Assembly: GCA_002407045.1 (NCBI GenBank)
Contig: DHKB01000048.1
Location: 22,585-86,584 of the forward strand
Origin: Candidatus Bruticola papionis
Lineage (GTDB): Bacteria; Vulcanimicrobiota; Xenobia; Xenobiales; Xenobiaceae
Direction: 5' to 3'
Length of the DNA: 64,000 nucleotides
This document shows positions 21,201 to 29,794 of the stretch, piece by piece; the first letter of the stretch is position 1; the number at the start of each line of letters is the position of its first letter. The notes beneath the pieces are model-generated. The model did not search any database, was not told the origin of the DNA, and was given only the letters and a program-made list of their open reading frames with translations. A program made the position numbers and the translations under genes.

Positions 21201-21609
21201 TGTCGCCATTCCAGTGCTGATCATATAAACCGGTCTGATCGTTGAAAGATCCCTTCAAACCGATATTGCTAAGATCGACTTGCGGACAGCCGCGGCTGTC
21301 AAATTGGAAAAGGACTTGCTTTTTGTCGGTGCCTTCAGGCTGTACGGAAGCGTTTTCGGCCTTTACTTGAGCCGTGGGCATTTTGGGAGCACCGGCAGCA
21401 ACTTCTTTGCTATCGGTACTATTTAACGAAAAACTGTCTACGGGAACAGCCGAAGCGGACGCCTGAGGGGCAGTCTGCTTAGATGCAGCAACGCTATTAT
21501 TTTGTGCCACGGAGCCGGCCCGGAATAAGTCGGAAGAGCGTTCTATATTTATATTCATCAATTCCTTACTCTTTTCTACGTAGGTGACGAAATTTTTTGT
21601 CCTAAACAA
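18295..21609 (-). CDS. Large GH13 alpha-amylase family glycoside hydrolase with N-terminal accessory/CBM-like domains
   Basis: GH13 catalytic regions are present (GFDGIRFDFTQ, the FNVMADVVYNHTS His region, and downstream EVGNTG / YSHSHDE blocks). The maximal ORF starts at TTG 21609. An in-frame ATG at 21558 (MNINIE...) is an alternative. No Sec signal peptide is present. Confidence 0.8.
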   Translation of the reverse strand: MFRTKNFVTYVEKSKELMNINIERSSDLFRAGSVAQNNSVAASKQTAPQASASAVPVDSFSLNSTDSKEVAAGAPKMPTAQVKAENASVQPEGTDKKQVLFQFDSRGCPQVDLSNIGLKGSFNDQTGLYDQHWNGDKIIPMRDDGKNGDAVAGDGIFTAAVDLKTGQNQQFSWGVVGDVTGKDGKVQNAQWLVMSETNPNFNLEDYPVQTYAPVQTHLFGVHKEGEDGVRFQTWSPEMGKGDLADYKLYVEISNPQTGEIEERLPMEKNEQNGVWTLTQNDGWSKLKGKTYQYAALNEKGEVLKNSWGGEVRYSDPHARYLQGEQRGLERIFVDPVMGFEVGWYDDSGKGGPNYADDPQWGRFTVDSHPNADSVRLVLRDENGKQLNKQELLDRLGKPERIPYDQASPADKHDVDVLRNWKLDQTEPIDKYSWINSVNEDGSIDMNRVDSPGAGTAWVTAVNNFPKLIGMQYEYQVVEDGKLVGDVNGDGKLSNQERIATPFNDPYTNVIQPKPGSARKSLIRESSFEFQYDNVPRRQTNHNNFVIYEAHVGSFMSSKDNAVPATFEDMINNLDYFASLGIDTIELMPTNEFGAKRDWGYTPDYYYAGAASYGFEMDRQEALDRKLITDDEQPGAKSVWISGTDAMKLFVDESHKRGFNVMADVVYNHTSGKPDADDPLGRIDGGKRSFFNWWQQGESCTPWGAKPNFANQSVKDFYSDNAVQQVAEFGFDGIRFDFTQVLHSTGNSAEQIEGMNTLRQINRSLRLIKPDVYTVAEDFSGSWLVAADMDKSETQGSGQGSWEKKGMGFSGVWNDRFHDDLLEMAQGVGSADRLMEAITCHVGVTDWSRAVTYSHSHDEVGNTGNWIHRGAAASKDDEAVKQPFPRAIARTASAITLTGPGVPMLFQGEEFLANNDFKHGLTSTWGADMSWIKFPVTPDKLDHFAKCAAMDNSSREVERSRMSADEQKLFDRYCEMNPEQRKDAEDLANQVGQFALTRDLVALRRTSSAFNATGNTSRVYTHNDDKVLAWKRDNGGSDEFVVVSNFANTDRSGYRMELPPGQWKEVFNTNARCYGGTGTGNGGGTVSSGNGIFLPAGATIVLKKQ

Positions 21610-22048
21610 CCTAACCCTAGAACTTTTGACGTTTTAGACTTCACCTTAGCCGAAACGACCGGGTAAACGCCCACTTCGTCGCCGATTGCCGCCGCCTCCG
21701 AACCGCAATTCCAAGACAACGAACAGATCGCCAAACCAACGAAAAAAGTCCTACCATTCATTATCTCAAATGTACAAAGTTTTTTATGTATAAACAAGCA
21801 TATTTTTTATTTATTTTTACATTTTTTCCAAAAGCTCACTCCTTTGTAACAATCTGATTTTTTACTTTGGATGGTAGGTGCCCAGCTTCAAAAATTTCCG
21901 CAAAAAACAGCTAATAAGTATTTTTTTATAAAAAATGACAAAGGACAGGGGCTGACAGTATCAAAAAGGCACGATCGGTTATATAATTTTCTCAGAAACG
22001 GAATCTGGTCAAACAGTGCAAATAAGATCTTATAAAGGAGGGCAGTAT

Positions 22049-24448
22049 ATGTTAAAAAACAAGCGCGGCATAGTTCTGATTACCACGATGCTTACAGTCG
22101 TTTTAGTAATTATGCTGCTCAGCTCCGTAGTATATTCCAACTTAGGCAGCATGCGCCTAGCTTCCAATTTTTACGGCCGTGAAGAAGCTCTCATGGCTGC
22201 CCAATCTGGCGTAGAGTATGCCGTCACTTGTTTGCAAAGCGACATTACCTGGCGCGGCGATAAAACTGACAATGCTTTATCCGACTCAACTAAAGGCGTC
22301 AGTGTTCGCGAGCGTAACGGCAACGTCGTAGGCATGCTTACTACCGCCAACGGCAAAAAATCTTTTTTCCGTATAAAATTTAACTATGAAGATGGAGACA
22401 AAGGCTTTGATGGTATGGGGGATAGCTCCGATTCAGATCGCATACGTTCTCCTTACGTTTCTGTAAACAATCTTTACAACACCACCCCTACCAAAGTGTA
22501 TACCGCCTCACAAGATGGCAAATTAAAGATCAAACACAATCAAGACAAATACGGTAAGGATCGTATTGAAGCCGACGGTGCTAGCAGCTTCGCTTTAGGT
22601 AAGTCTAGTTGCTATCTGGTAGTGGAAGGCTTTGCTGGCAACGGTGTGCGCGATCTTACTTTAGATAAAGCCTTTGCCTTGACACCCGAAGAAGCTGCTG
22701 GTCTTATACCTAGACGCATAGAGACTTATTTAACTTTATCTTCCGACACTCAATTTACCGATTCGGTAGCTTGCGCCGCCGGTGATTTAACTACAGATTC
22801 AGATTTAATACGCATAAGCAACGCTAAAGGTGGTAGCTCTCCTAAGATGCGCAGCTTGCACAACTTGAAAGTTACTAGCGGCACGATCGATTTTGATAAT
22901 GGCCAGTTGTATTACGGAAGTGGCTACACTTATAGCATCAATGGAAAAACTATTGGTGAAGATAGCAAATATACTGCCCAGCAAAGTAGCGACACAAGTA
23001 GTTTTACTCGCCTGGAATGGGATGACATTACTAAAGCCAATTCCGAAGGACAAGAGTGCGTCAAAATAGAGGCGGGTACCTACGTTTGGAGCAAAGACCC
23101 CAAGACTAATAAAAATATTCTCAGACGTTATGTGGGCAACTATCCCCCTGGCACAGAAATTCCCTCTGGAACAAAGTGTTCGGAAGTTTCTAGCTTACCA
23201 GGCATGACTATAGATGCCGACAGTTTGACTATGAAGATCGACTCCAACCTCTTGGTGGCTTCCAACGGTAAAGCCTCATCTTTAATTATACGCTACGACA
23301 AAGAAGGCGAAACGGCCACTTCTAGGCCAGTAGTAGCTTTCTTAAAAAATGAAGCTACCCAAACTTCCCCTATTTTAAGTTCCGACCACGATATCTATAT
23401 TGAAGGTGCCACTTTAGGCGGCGGCTCTATTACTTCCAAAGAAAATATTTCCTTACAAGGTCCCAGCATCTTGGAATCAGATCCTGGCATAGGCGTTTCT
23501 ATTTACGCCCAAGGCGACGTCAACTTATTGCCTATTGAAGGCGTAACTGAGCAAGTTAAACAAGCCGAATCGGAAAAGCTGACTGATACACCTAGTATTG
23601 GTGGAGATGACAACAAAAAGGGTAATTATGTTTTTAAAGACGAGCACCAGCGTTATGACAATTTAACGAATAACTTTTACCATGAAGTAGAGAGCTATGT
23701 CAAAGAGGCGCTAGGTAATATTGTGGATTTGGAAACTAAAAGACGCCCATTTGAAAATGGCTACTCTTCGCTTGAAAAAGTTTGCAAACTATACTGCAGC
23801 TATATGAAAGAAGCCGCCACTGATTTGAAAAACAGCGGAAGCTCCATTGATGGGATGAAGGTATATCCAGCTCAAGACACCATAATGAAGTGGTGTGTAG
23901 AAGAAAAAATGACCAATAATGAAAGAATTATAACCTGTGCCGCAGTGTCGAATGTATACCCAGATTATGATCCATGTCTCGACTATCTTACTAACGACGA
24001 CAACTGGAAACTGACAGGTAACAACAGCAGTGATGACGAGAAAGAGACAGATGTAGATCTGTCTCCCGACAAAGTAAGCGACGTTCAAGACTACGTCGAT
24101 AAAGATCTGGCTAGTGATAATTTCCGCGATAATAAAGAGGCCCAGTTGGCCGATTTAAAAGCGCGTTATGGCAAAATCAAGTATTGTGACCAGGATATTT
24201 CCGGTGTTATTTATGCTTGGGGCAATATCAATGCCGATATAGGTAAAAAAAGTACCCTCAACTTGACCGGCGCCATGGTAGCTTACGGAGGAAATCCTAA
24301 AGATAAGGAACCTGGCAAAAACAAGAAGGGGGTCATCAAGATCAACGCCGGTACTATCGGCATGACCTTAGATCCAGACTACATGAGCATTTTCCTTTCT
24401 GCTAACGCCAAGCGTAAAGTAAAACAAGTAATGTTCTCTAGCTTTTAG
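22049..24448 (+). CDS. Paralog 1 of 4: large pseudopilin-like (GspK-type N-terminus) or signal-anchored surface protein
   Basis: AGGAGG lies 7 nt upstream of the ATG. The N-terminus MLKNKRGIVLITTMLTVVLVIMLLSSVVYSN has positive residues followed by G and ~20 hydrophobic residues, with no Glu at +5, as in GspK. The N-terminal module (~130 aa) and C-terminal module (~110 aa, ...YAWGNIN..LNLTGAMVAYG...) are conserved in all four paralogs. Confidence 0.7.
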   Translation: MLKNKRGIVLITTMLTVVLVIMLLSSVVYSNLGSMRLASNFYGREEALMAAQSGVEYAVTCLQSDITWRGDKTDNALSDSTKGVSVRERNGNVVGMLTTANGKKSFFRIKFNYEDGDKGFDGMGDSSDSDRIRSPYVSVNNLYNTTPTKVYTASQDGKLKIKHNQDKYGKDRIEADGASSFALGKSSCYLVVEGFAGNGVRDLTLDKAFALTPEEAAGLIPRRIETYLTLSSDTQFTDSVACAAGDLTTDSDLIRISNAKGGSSPKMRSLHNLKVTSGTIDFDNGQLYYGSGYTYSINGKTIGEDSKYTAQQSSDTSSFTRLEWDDITKANSEGQECVKIEAGTYVWSKDPKTNKNILRRYVGNYPPGTEIPSGTKCSEVSSLPGMTIDADSLTMKIDSNLLVASNGKASSLIIRYDKEGETATSRPVVAFLKNEATQTSPILSSDHDIYIEGATLGGGSITSKENISLQGPSILESDPGIGVSIYAQGDVNLLPIEGVTEQVKQAESEKLTDTPSIGGDDNKKGNYVFKDEHQRYDNLTNNFYHEVESYVKEALGNIVDLETKRRPFENGYSSLEKVCKLYCSYMKEAATDLKNSGSSIDGMKVYPAQDTIMKWCVEEKMTNNERIITCAAVSNVYPDYDPCLDYLTNDDNWKLTGNNSSDDEKETDVDLSPDKVSDVQDYVDKDLASDNFRDNKEAQLADLKARYGKIKYCDQDISGVIYAWGNINADIGKKSTLNLTGAMVAYGGNPKDKEPGKNKKGVIKINAGTIGMTLDPDYMSIFLSANAKRKVKQVMFSSF

Positions 24449-24456
24449 ATCTAAAT

Positions 24457-24508
24457 GTCTAAGCAATAAGGCCCGGGCGCTTAAGCGCCCGGGCCTTATT
24501 GCTTAGAC
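24457..24508. terminator. Perfect 52-bp palindrome (24-bp stem, 4-nt loop)
   Basis: gtctaagcaataaggcccgggcgc ttaa gcgcccgggccttattgcttagac sits immediately after the paralog-1 stop. It is probably a bidirectional intrinsic terminator, although no T-tract follows. Confidence 0.55.
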
Positions 24509-24608
24509 TAATTTGTACTGTCCCTAAAAAATCTTTATTTTTTTATTTACCCCGCTAAACGGCAAAAAAATGTTACAACCATAGAACGAAATATTAATAT
24601 TTGAGAAC

Positions 24609-24637
24609 TTGAATATTTAACCTATACAAAGTTTAAT
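24609..24637 (+). promoter_or_regulatory. Candidate sigma70-type promoter for paralog 2
   Basis: TTGAAT-17nt-TTTAAT lies in the AT-rich spacer ~115 nt upstream of ATG 24752. It has been read by eye only. Confidence 0.3.
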
Positions 24638-24751
24638 AAAGTGGGTAGGTTTTGCACTTAGTTTGCGGCAACTTTCATTTTTTAGCTCCATTTCGGCTGA
24701 ATTTATTTTGCTTAGGCAAGCATTCCGATCCTCATAGGGAGGTAAAAACTT

Positions 24752-27097
24752 ATGCGCAATAAGTATAAGCAAGGTATCGTCCTCATCACAACCATGCTGA
24801 CGGTCGTTTTGGTTATCATGTTGCTCAGCTCTGTAGTTTACTCCAATTTCGGTAATATGTGCCTTACCTCCAACTTCTACGGACGCGAAGAAGCAATTAT
24901 GGCCGCCCAATCAGGCGTAGAATATGCTTTAACCAAGTTGCAAAACAATATAACTTGGCAAGGTGACGATAAAAATAATCAGTTGGCCTCGACAGCCAAA
25001 GGTGTAAAAATTGTTGAAAACAGCGGTAATGTTTGGGGCATGCTCATTACTCCCAACGGACGTCGCTCTTTCTTTCGTATAAAATTCAACTACGAAGACG
25101 GCCCCAAGGGCTTTGACAATATGGACAATACGTCCGACAAGAACTATATCATTCACTCGCCTTACGTTTCTGTCAATAACTTATACAACCGCGGAATGCG
25201 TACTGTTTATACCGCTCCTCTCAATGGAATTTTACGCACTCAAAAATATACAGACGAATACGGCAAGGAGTGCTTAAAAGCTGCAGGCAACGCTAAAAGT
25301 TACGAATTACCCAAGTCCACTTGTGCACTCATTGTAGAAGGTTTTTCTGGTGTCGGCGTACGAGATCTAGATTTAGCTAAAATGAACGAGTTGCAAAAGC
25401 ATCTCGATTACTCCAAAGGGCTAGGCAGCAATATTATCGACAACGTCGTGGAAGTATATTTAACTTTCGATCCCCAAGCTGCTTGCACAAGTTCCGTACT
25501 GGGAGCGGGAGGCAAAATTTCGGCTAAAGCTTCCAATATCACTATAAAAAATGCTCAAGGGAGTAGCGCTCCCCGGCTGCGTAGTCTGAAAGATTTAAAT
25601 CTCACTTATAAAAATATTACTTTTGACAATGGACAAGCTATAGTCAGCGGTAATTTCTATAAAAACGGTACCGAGACTAAAGCAGGTGCTGTCAGGGGTT
25701 CCAATTACAATGTTATAAAAGCCTCCGACAAAGATACTGGTGATATTGCCCAAATCAAATGGAACGATGTCACTAAAGCCGACTCCGAAGGACAAAAGTA
25801 TACAACCATAAAAGGTGGCGTTTACGTTTGGCGCAAAAACGATCACAATAGCAACTATACTCTAACCCGCTACACTAAAAATCCATTTGACAAAAAGCAC
25901 AGATTCCGTAGCAAAAAGAATAAAAGCGAAGAGGTAAATGGCTACGGTTCAGCTTTTCAAGTAAACAAAGCTAAAGCCACTATAATTATCAGTGAAAACA
26001 TTAAAGTAGAAGATGGCCAATCGTTGACCATCATCTATGATGATAGTTGCAGTCAAGTTACTCGCCCAGTGGTGGCTTTTGTAAAAAATTCCCCTACTGA
26101 CAGCGATCCTATTTTAAGCGCAGACGGCGATATTACTATAAAAGGCGCTACTTTAGGCAGCGGTTCCATTACCTCACAGAAGAGCATCTCTTTACAAGGC
26201 CCCAGTATTTTGGAATCAGATCCTGGAGTAGGAGTTTCTGTTTACGCTGAGCACAACGTCAACTTTCTTCCTATCGAAAGCGCCACTCAGGCCGTGCAAG
26301 AGCAAAATAAAAACGTCGATTTCAACGCCGGACACCAAGCCTATTATGGCTACGATACCGAGAATGAGGCTTTCTCTTCTGGAGTTGCCGAATTACTCAA
26401 ACAAGCTAAAAAGAGTAGCAACGCCTCTTCTCTAACCAGTGAGGACGCGGAAAATTACTTAGAATATTATTTATATACAAATTATAAGCCTACGCCTCCT
26501 AGCTCCGAAAAGGTAGTTGCAATTGCTAAGCCAGATCTGAGCTCTACCCAAAATGCAGCCTTGCAAAAAGCCTTAGATAGCAGCAAAGCTATTTCCGGAA
26601 GTCCTATCGAAAATGCCATAAACCATTACCAAAACACAAGTAACTGGGCAACTTACTATCAAGCTTCTGCTGCCGCTTCTAATCCTACTGATAAAATCGT
26701 TGTCGATAGCAGAGCCGACATAAAAAAAGCTCAAACATTTCTCGATACTGAGGTAGTGAGCAACAACTTCCGCGACTATAAACAGCAGCAATTGAACAAA
26801 TTGCTCACTCGTTACGGTAAGCTTCGCTACTCAGATCAAGATATTTCTGGCATGGTCTACGCTTGGGGTAATATCAACTTGTCTATTGGCCAAAATAGCG
26901 CCTTGAATCTTAGTGGAGCTATGGTCGCTTATGGACAAAATCCCGACAAAGGCGTTCCCAAAGGCGATAAAGATCACGGGAATATCACTATTGAAGCTAA
27001 TACTATAGGCTTAACTTTAGATGCCAACTACCTGGATGCTTTTATAGCTTCCAATGCCCAAAGGAAATTAAAATACGCTATGTATTCTAGTTTTTAA
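24752..27097 (+). CDS. Paralog 2 of 4: pseudopilin-like/signal-anchored large surface protein
   Basis: A GGGAGG SD is present. The N-terminal and C-terminal modules are the same as in paralog 1 (QGIVLITTMLTVVLVIMLLSSVVYSN...; ...YAWGNINLSIGQNSALNLSGAMVAYG...YAMYSSF). The centre is divergent. Confidence 0.7.
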   Translation: MRNKYKQGIVLITTMLTVVLVIMLLSSVVYSNFGNMCLTSNFYGREEAIMAAQSGVEYALTKLQNNITWQGDDKNNQLASTAKGVKIVENSGNVWGMLITPNGRRSFFRIKFNYEDGPKGFDNMDNTSDKNYIIHSPYVSVNNLYNRGMRTVYTAPLNGILRTQKYTDEYGKECLKAAGNAKSYELPKSTCALIVEGFSGVGVRDLDLAKMNELQKHLDYSKGLGSNIIDNVVEVYLTFDPQAACTSSVLGAGGKISAKASNITIKNAQGSSAPRLRSLKDLNLTYKNITFDNGQAIVSGNFYKNGTETKAGAVRGSNYNVIKASDKDTGDIAQIKWNDVTKADSEGQKYTTIKGGVYVWRKNDHNSNYTLTRYTKNPFDKKHRFRSKKNKSEEVNGYGSAFQVNKAKATIIISENIKVEDGQSLTIIYDDSCSQVTRPVVAFVKNSPTDSDPILSADGDITIKGATLGSGSITSQKSISLQGPSILESDPGVGVSVYAEHNVNFLPIESATQAVQEQNKNVDFNAGHQAYYGYDTENEAFSSGVAELLKQAKKSSNASSLTSEDAENYLEYYLYTNYKPTPPSSEKVVAIAKPDLSSTQNAALQKALDSSKAISGSPIENAINHYQNTSNWATYYQASAAASNPTDKIVVDSRADIKKAQTFLDTEVVSNNFRDYKQQQLNKLLTRYGKLRYSDQDISGMVYAWGNINLSIGQNSALNLSGAMVAYGQNPDKGVPKGDKDHGNITIEANTIGLTLDANYLDAFIASNAQRKLKYAMYSSF

Positions 27098-27169
27098 AAC
27101 AATCCTAGTAACAACCTCTATAAGTTGTACCAATTCCTTATAGCTGATAGCAAAATTCGGAGAGAGAAT

Positions 27170-29608
27170 ATGTTAGAAAGAAACAAGAAAGGCATAGTTC
27201 TAGTGACGACCATGCTTACTGTCGTCCTAGTAATGATGCTTTTAAGTTCAGTAGTTTATTCTAACCTAGGCAGCTTTCGCCTAACAACGAATTTTTACGA
27301 TAAAGAAAATGCCCTTATGGCTGCCCAATCTGGCGCCCAATACGCTATAACTCGCCTACAAAGCGATATTCTCTGGAAAGCCAATCCTTCTACTCCATAC
27401 ACTTTTAAGACAAACGACTTCGAAGTCAAAGAAGAAGATGGCAACGTTTGGGGTATTTTATCCAGTGCTAATGGAAAAAAATCGGTCTTTTGCATAAAGT
27501 TTAATTGCGAAGATGGCCCTGGAGGCTTCGATAATATGAACGACAGTTCTAAAAAGATCGAATCTCCTTATATTTCCACTAACAATCTTTTCAGCAGCGT
27601 TCCTTGTATGGCTTATTCAGCCGATAAAAACGGATCTATCCAAGGCAAAACGGTCAACGAAAATGGCAAAGAAGTTTTTAAGCCCAATGCCGACGCCAAG
27701 CAAGTTACTATTCCTAAAGCCACTTGCAATTTAATAGTGGAAGGATTTAGTGGACCAGCTGTGCGTGAGGCCAGCTTATCTGAGCCTATCGACCCGAAAT
27801 CTTCCTGTGCACGACAAATTGTAGAAATTTACGTTTCTATAGATCCCAGTTCCTTAAATGTAGATTCAGCTATTAGCGCTTCAGGAAATATCGACGTTAA
27901 AACCGGCACCTTCAGATTAAGTAGTGGCGAAGGAAGCCAAGCTCCCAACATACGCTCTTTAGGCCATATTGCCTTAACAGGTCAAGTAAGCGCCGGAAAC
28001 GGTACTGTTTACTTTAACGACGGCTTTACAGTAAATGGAGCCACAGAAACAGATATAAAACACGAAAAAAGCACTTCCGGAGAGAATTTCGCTAAAATTA
28101 CTTGGGCTGACGTACCTAAAGCCACTAAAAGTGATACAAATTTACCCTCCGGAACTTACGTATGGGAAAAGAATCCCACAACCCAAGACATTGAGTTGCG
28201 CCATTATCCCACTATCATTTTTTATAATGGCAAACCGCTCCCCGACACCGGTTACCAAACTGTAAGTACAGGCAAATTTAAAGGCATGACCGTAGACAGT
28301 AAAAACTTAACGATCATGTTCGACCAAAATATGTATGTGCCAGGTGATTTGCTCATTCGTTCCAATATAAATGAATATGGCACCAGACCAATAGTTGGTT
28401 TCGTCAATAAAAACAAAGGCGACAACGGCACAACTATTTTAACAAGTAAAGGAAACATCACTATTTCCGGCGCAACTATGGGCAATGGAGCCATTACTTC
28501 CGAAGGCAATATCACCATGCAAGGCCCCAGCCTTTTGGAATCAGATCCTGGTGTAGGTGTTTCTATTTATTCTAAGGGAAACGTTACTATAGAACCAATC
28601 TATAATACTAGTGCCAGTATAGAAAATATAATACCCACTAACCATCCCGAGGGTAGCGGCCCTTACGATAATGTAGAAGTCGATCCCACTACCGGTGCAA
28701 CTAGTGAAAAAACCCCATCTTCTCCTTCTAATTCCGATGATGATGACGACGATGATGATGATGATGAAATTATTATGAACGTTGATCCAGAATATGACAG
28801 AGCTTATTCTATGGGTTATGCAAGTTACGCAGACAATTATAGCAGCCAATATGGCAATTCACAATGTGGAAAATGCCAAGAAAACGGAGGTCGTGCCTAT
28901 TGTAAAACTAAGGGCGTCTTTGACTTAACCAACAACGAAGGTTCTAGGATATTTAATGATTTGTATAAAGCTGGGTTTTACAAGCAAAATTTTAAGCAGT
29001 TTACAAATCTAAAAACTTTCAATCCCGGCTGTGATTGTCTTAATCACCAAAGTGACAGAACTGAGCATTGCTCTGGATGTAAATTCATTGATGCAGCCAA
29101 GCAAATTTATAAGCAAGGTCAGAAGGATGGTAAAAAGCATCGTAAGCATGACGACGACGATGATGACGACAACAATTCTAAGCCCTCTAAATCCGACGAT
29201 AGCAAAGGCATGGCTTCAATTGACGATCCTGGGCTTAGTGATAAACTGATAGATGGCTCAAAACAAACGGACAATTATGAAAACTATAAGCGCGAACAAT
29301 TAGACACTTTAATTGAGCGTTATGGCAATATCAAATACTCCGACCAAGAGATTGCTGGCGTTGTTTATGCTTGGAAGAATATCAATGTCAACATTGGCTC
29401 TGAGAGCCGTTTGAGTTTAACTGGTGCTATGGTAGCTTATGGACGCGAACCCAACAAAGATCAAAATGCTAGCAAAACTACCGATACTGGCAATATCAAT
29501 TACAATGCCAAAAGTGTCGATTTGACTTTTGATCCTAACTATCTAAATAAATTACTCAACGCTTCAGCTCAAAGAAAGTTGCAAATAAAAATGTTTGCCA
29601 ACTATTAA
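27170..29608 (+). CDS. Paralog 3 of 4: pseudopilin-like/signal-anchored large surface protein with poly-Asp tracts and Cys-rich insert
   Basis: ATG 27170 is preceded by GGAGAGAG. The longer ORF from 27125 lacks an SD. The N-terminal module KKGIVLVTTMLTVVLVMMLLSSVVYSN and C-terminal ...YAWKNINVNIGSESRLSLTGAMVAYG...KMFANY are conserved. A D10 tract and a D7 tract are present. Confidence 0.7.
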   Translation: MLERNKKGIVLVTTMLTVVLVMMLLSSVVYSNLGSFRLTTNFYDKENALMAAQSGAQYAITRLQSDILWKANPSTPYTFKTNDFEVKEEDGNVWGILSSANGKKSVFCIKFNCEDGPGGFDNMNDSSKKIESPYISTNNLFSSVPCMAYSADKNGSIQGKTVNENGKEVFKPNADAKQVTIPKATCNLIVEGFSGPAVREASLSEPIDPKSSCARQIVEIYVSIDPSSLNVDSAISASGNIDVKTGTFRLSSGEGSQAPNIRSLGHIALTGQVSAGNGTVYFNDGFTVNGATETDIKHEKSTSGENFAKITWADVPKATKSDTNLPSGTYVWEKNPTTQDIELRHYPTIIFYNGKPLPDTGYQTVSTGKFKGMTVDSKNLTIMFDQNMYVPGDLLIRSNINEYGTRPIVGFVNKNKGDNGTTILTSKGNITISGATMGNGAITSEGNITMQGPSLLESDPGVGVSIYSKGNVTIEPIYNTSASIENIIPTNHPEGSGPYDNVEVDPTTGATSEKTPSSPSNSDDDDDDDDDDEIIMNVDPEYDRAYSMGYASYADNYSSQYGNSQCGKCQENGGRAYCKTKGVFDLTNNEGSRIFNDLYKAGFYKQNFKQFTNLKTFNPGCDCLNHQSDRTEHCSGCKFIDAAKQIYKQGQKDGKKHRKHDDDDDDDNNSKPSKSDDSKGMASIDDPGLSDKLIDGSKQTDNYENYKREQLDTLIERYGNIKYSDQEIAGVVYAWKNINVNIGSESRLSLTGAMVAYGREPNKDQNASKTTDTGNINYNAKSVDLTFDPNYLNKLLNASAQRKLQIKMFANY
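28736..28768 (+). repeat. In-frame GAT/GAC trinucleotide repeat encoding D10-E
   Basis: gat gat gat gac gac gat gat gat gat gat gaa lies within paralog 3. Confidence 0.9.
29150..29170 (+). repeat. Second in-frame GAC/GAT repeat encoding D7
   Basis: gac gac gac gat gat gac gac lies within paralog 3. Confidence 0.85.
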
Positions 29609-29629
29609 AATACAACACAAGCTCGAACG

Positions 29630-29672
29630 AGGCCGCCGTTTTTCGCAAACGGCGGCCTTTTTTATTATTTTT
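29630..29672 (+). terminator. Rho-independent terminator after paralog 3
   Basis: ggccgccgtt tttcgcaa acggcggcc followed by tttttattatttttt. Confidence 0.8.
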
Positions 29673-29794
29673 TAATGATTTTGTGTAGGAACTTTTAGCT
29701 GCAACTAAAAAGGCGCTCTTTAGAATATTTTCTTATTTATTCGGAGTTTTCGCCATTTTATAGTTTTTTTAGTTTCCTCAGGAGAAAGTAGATC

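Noticed and set aside
24457-24508. The palindrome as the terminal inverted repeat of an IS or MITE.
   Set aside because: It is a single hairpin palindrome. No transposase, target duplication, or second copy is visible in the window.
28736-28768. GAT repeat as a CRISPR or VNTR locus.
   Set aside because: It is an in-frame trinucleotide tract inside a CDS that encodes poly-Asp. There is no repeat-spacer structure.
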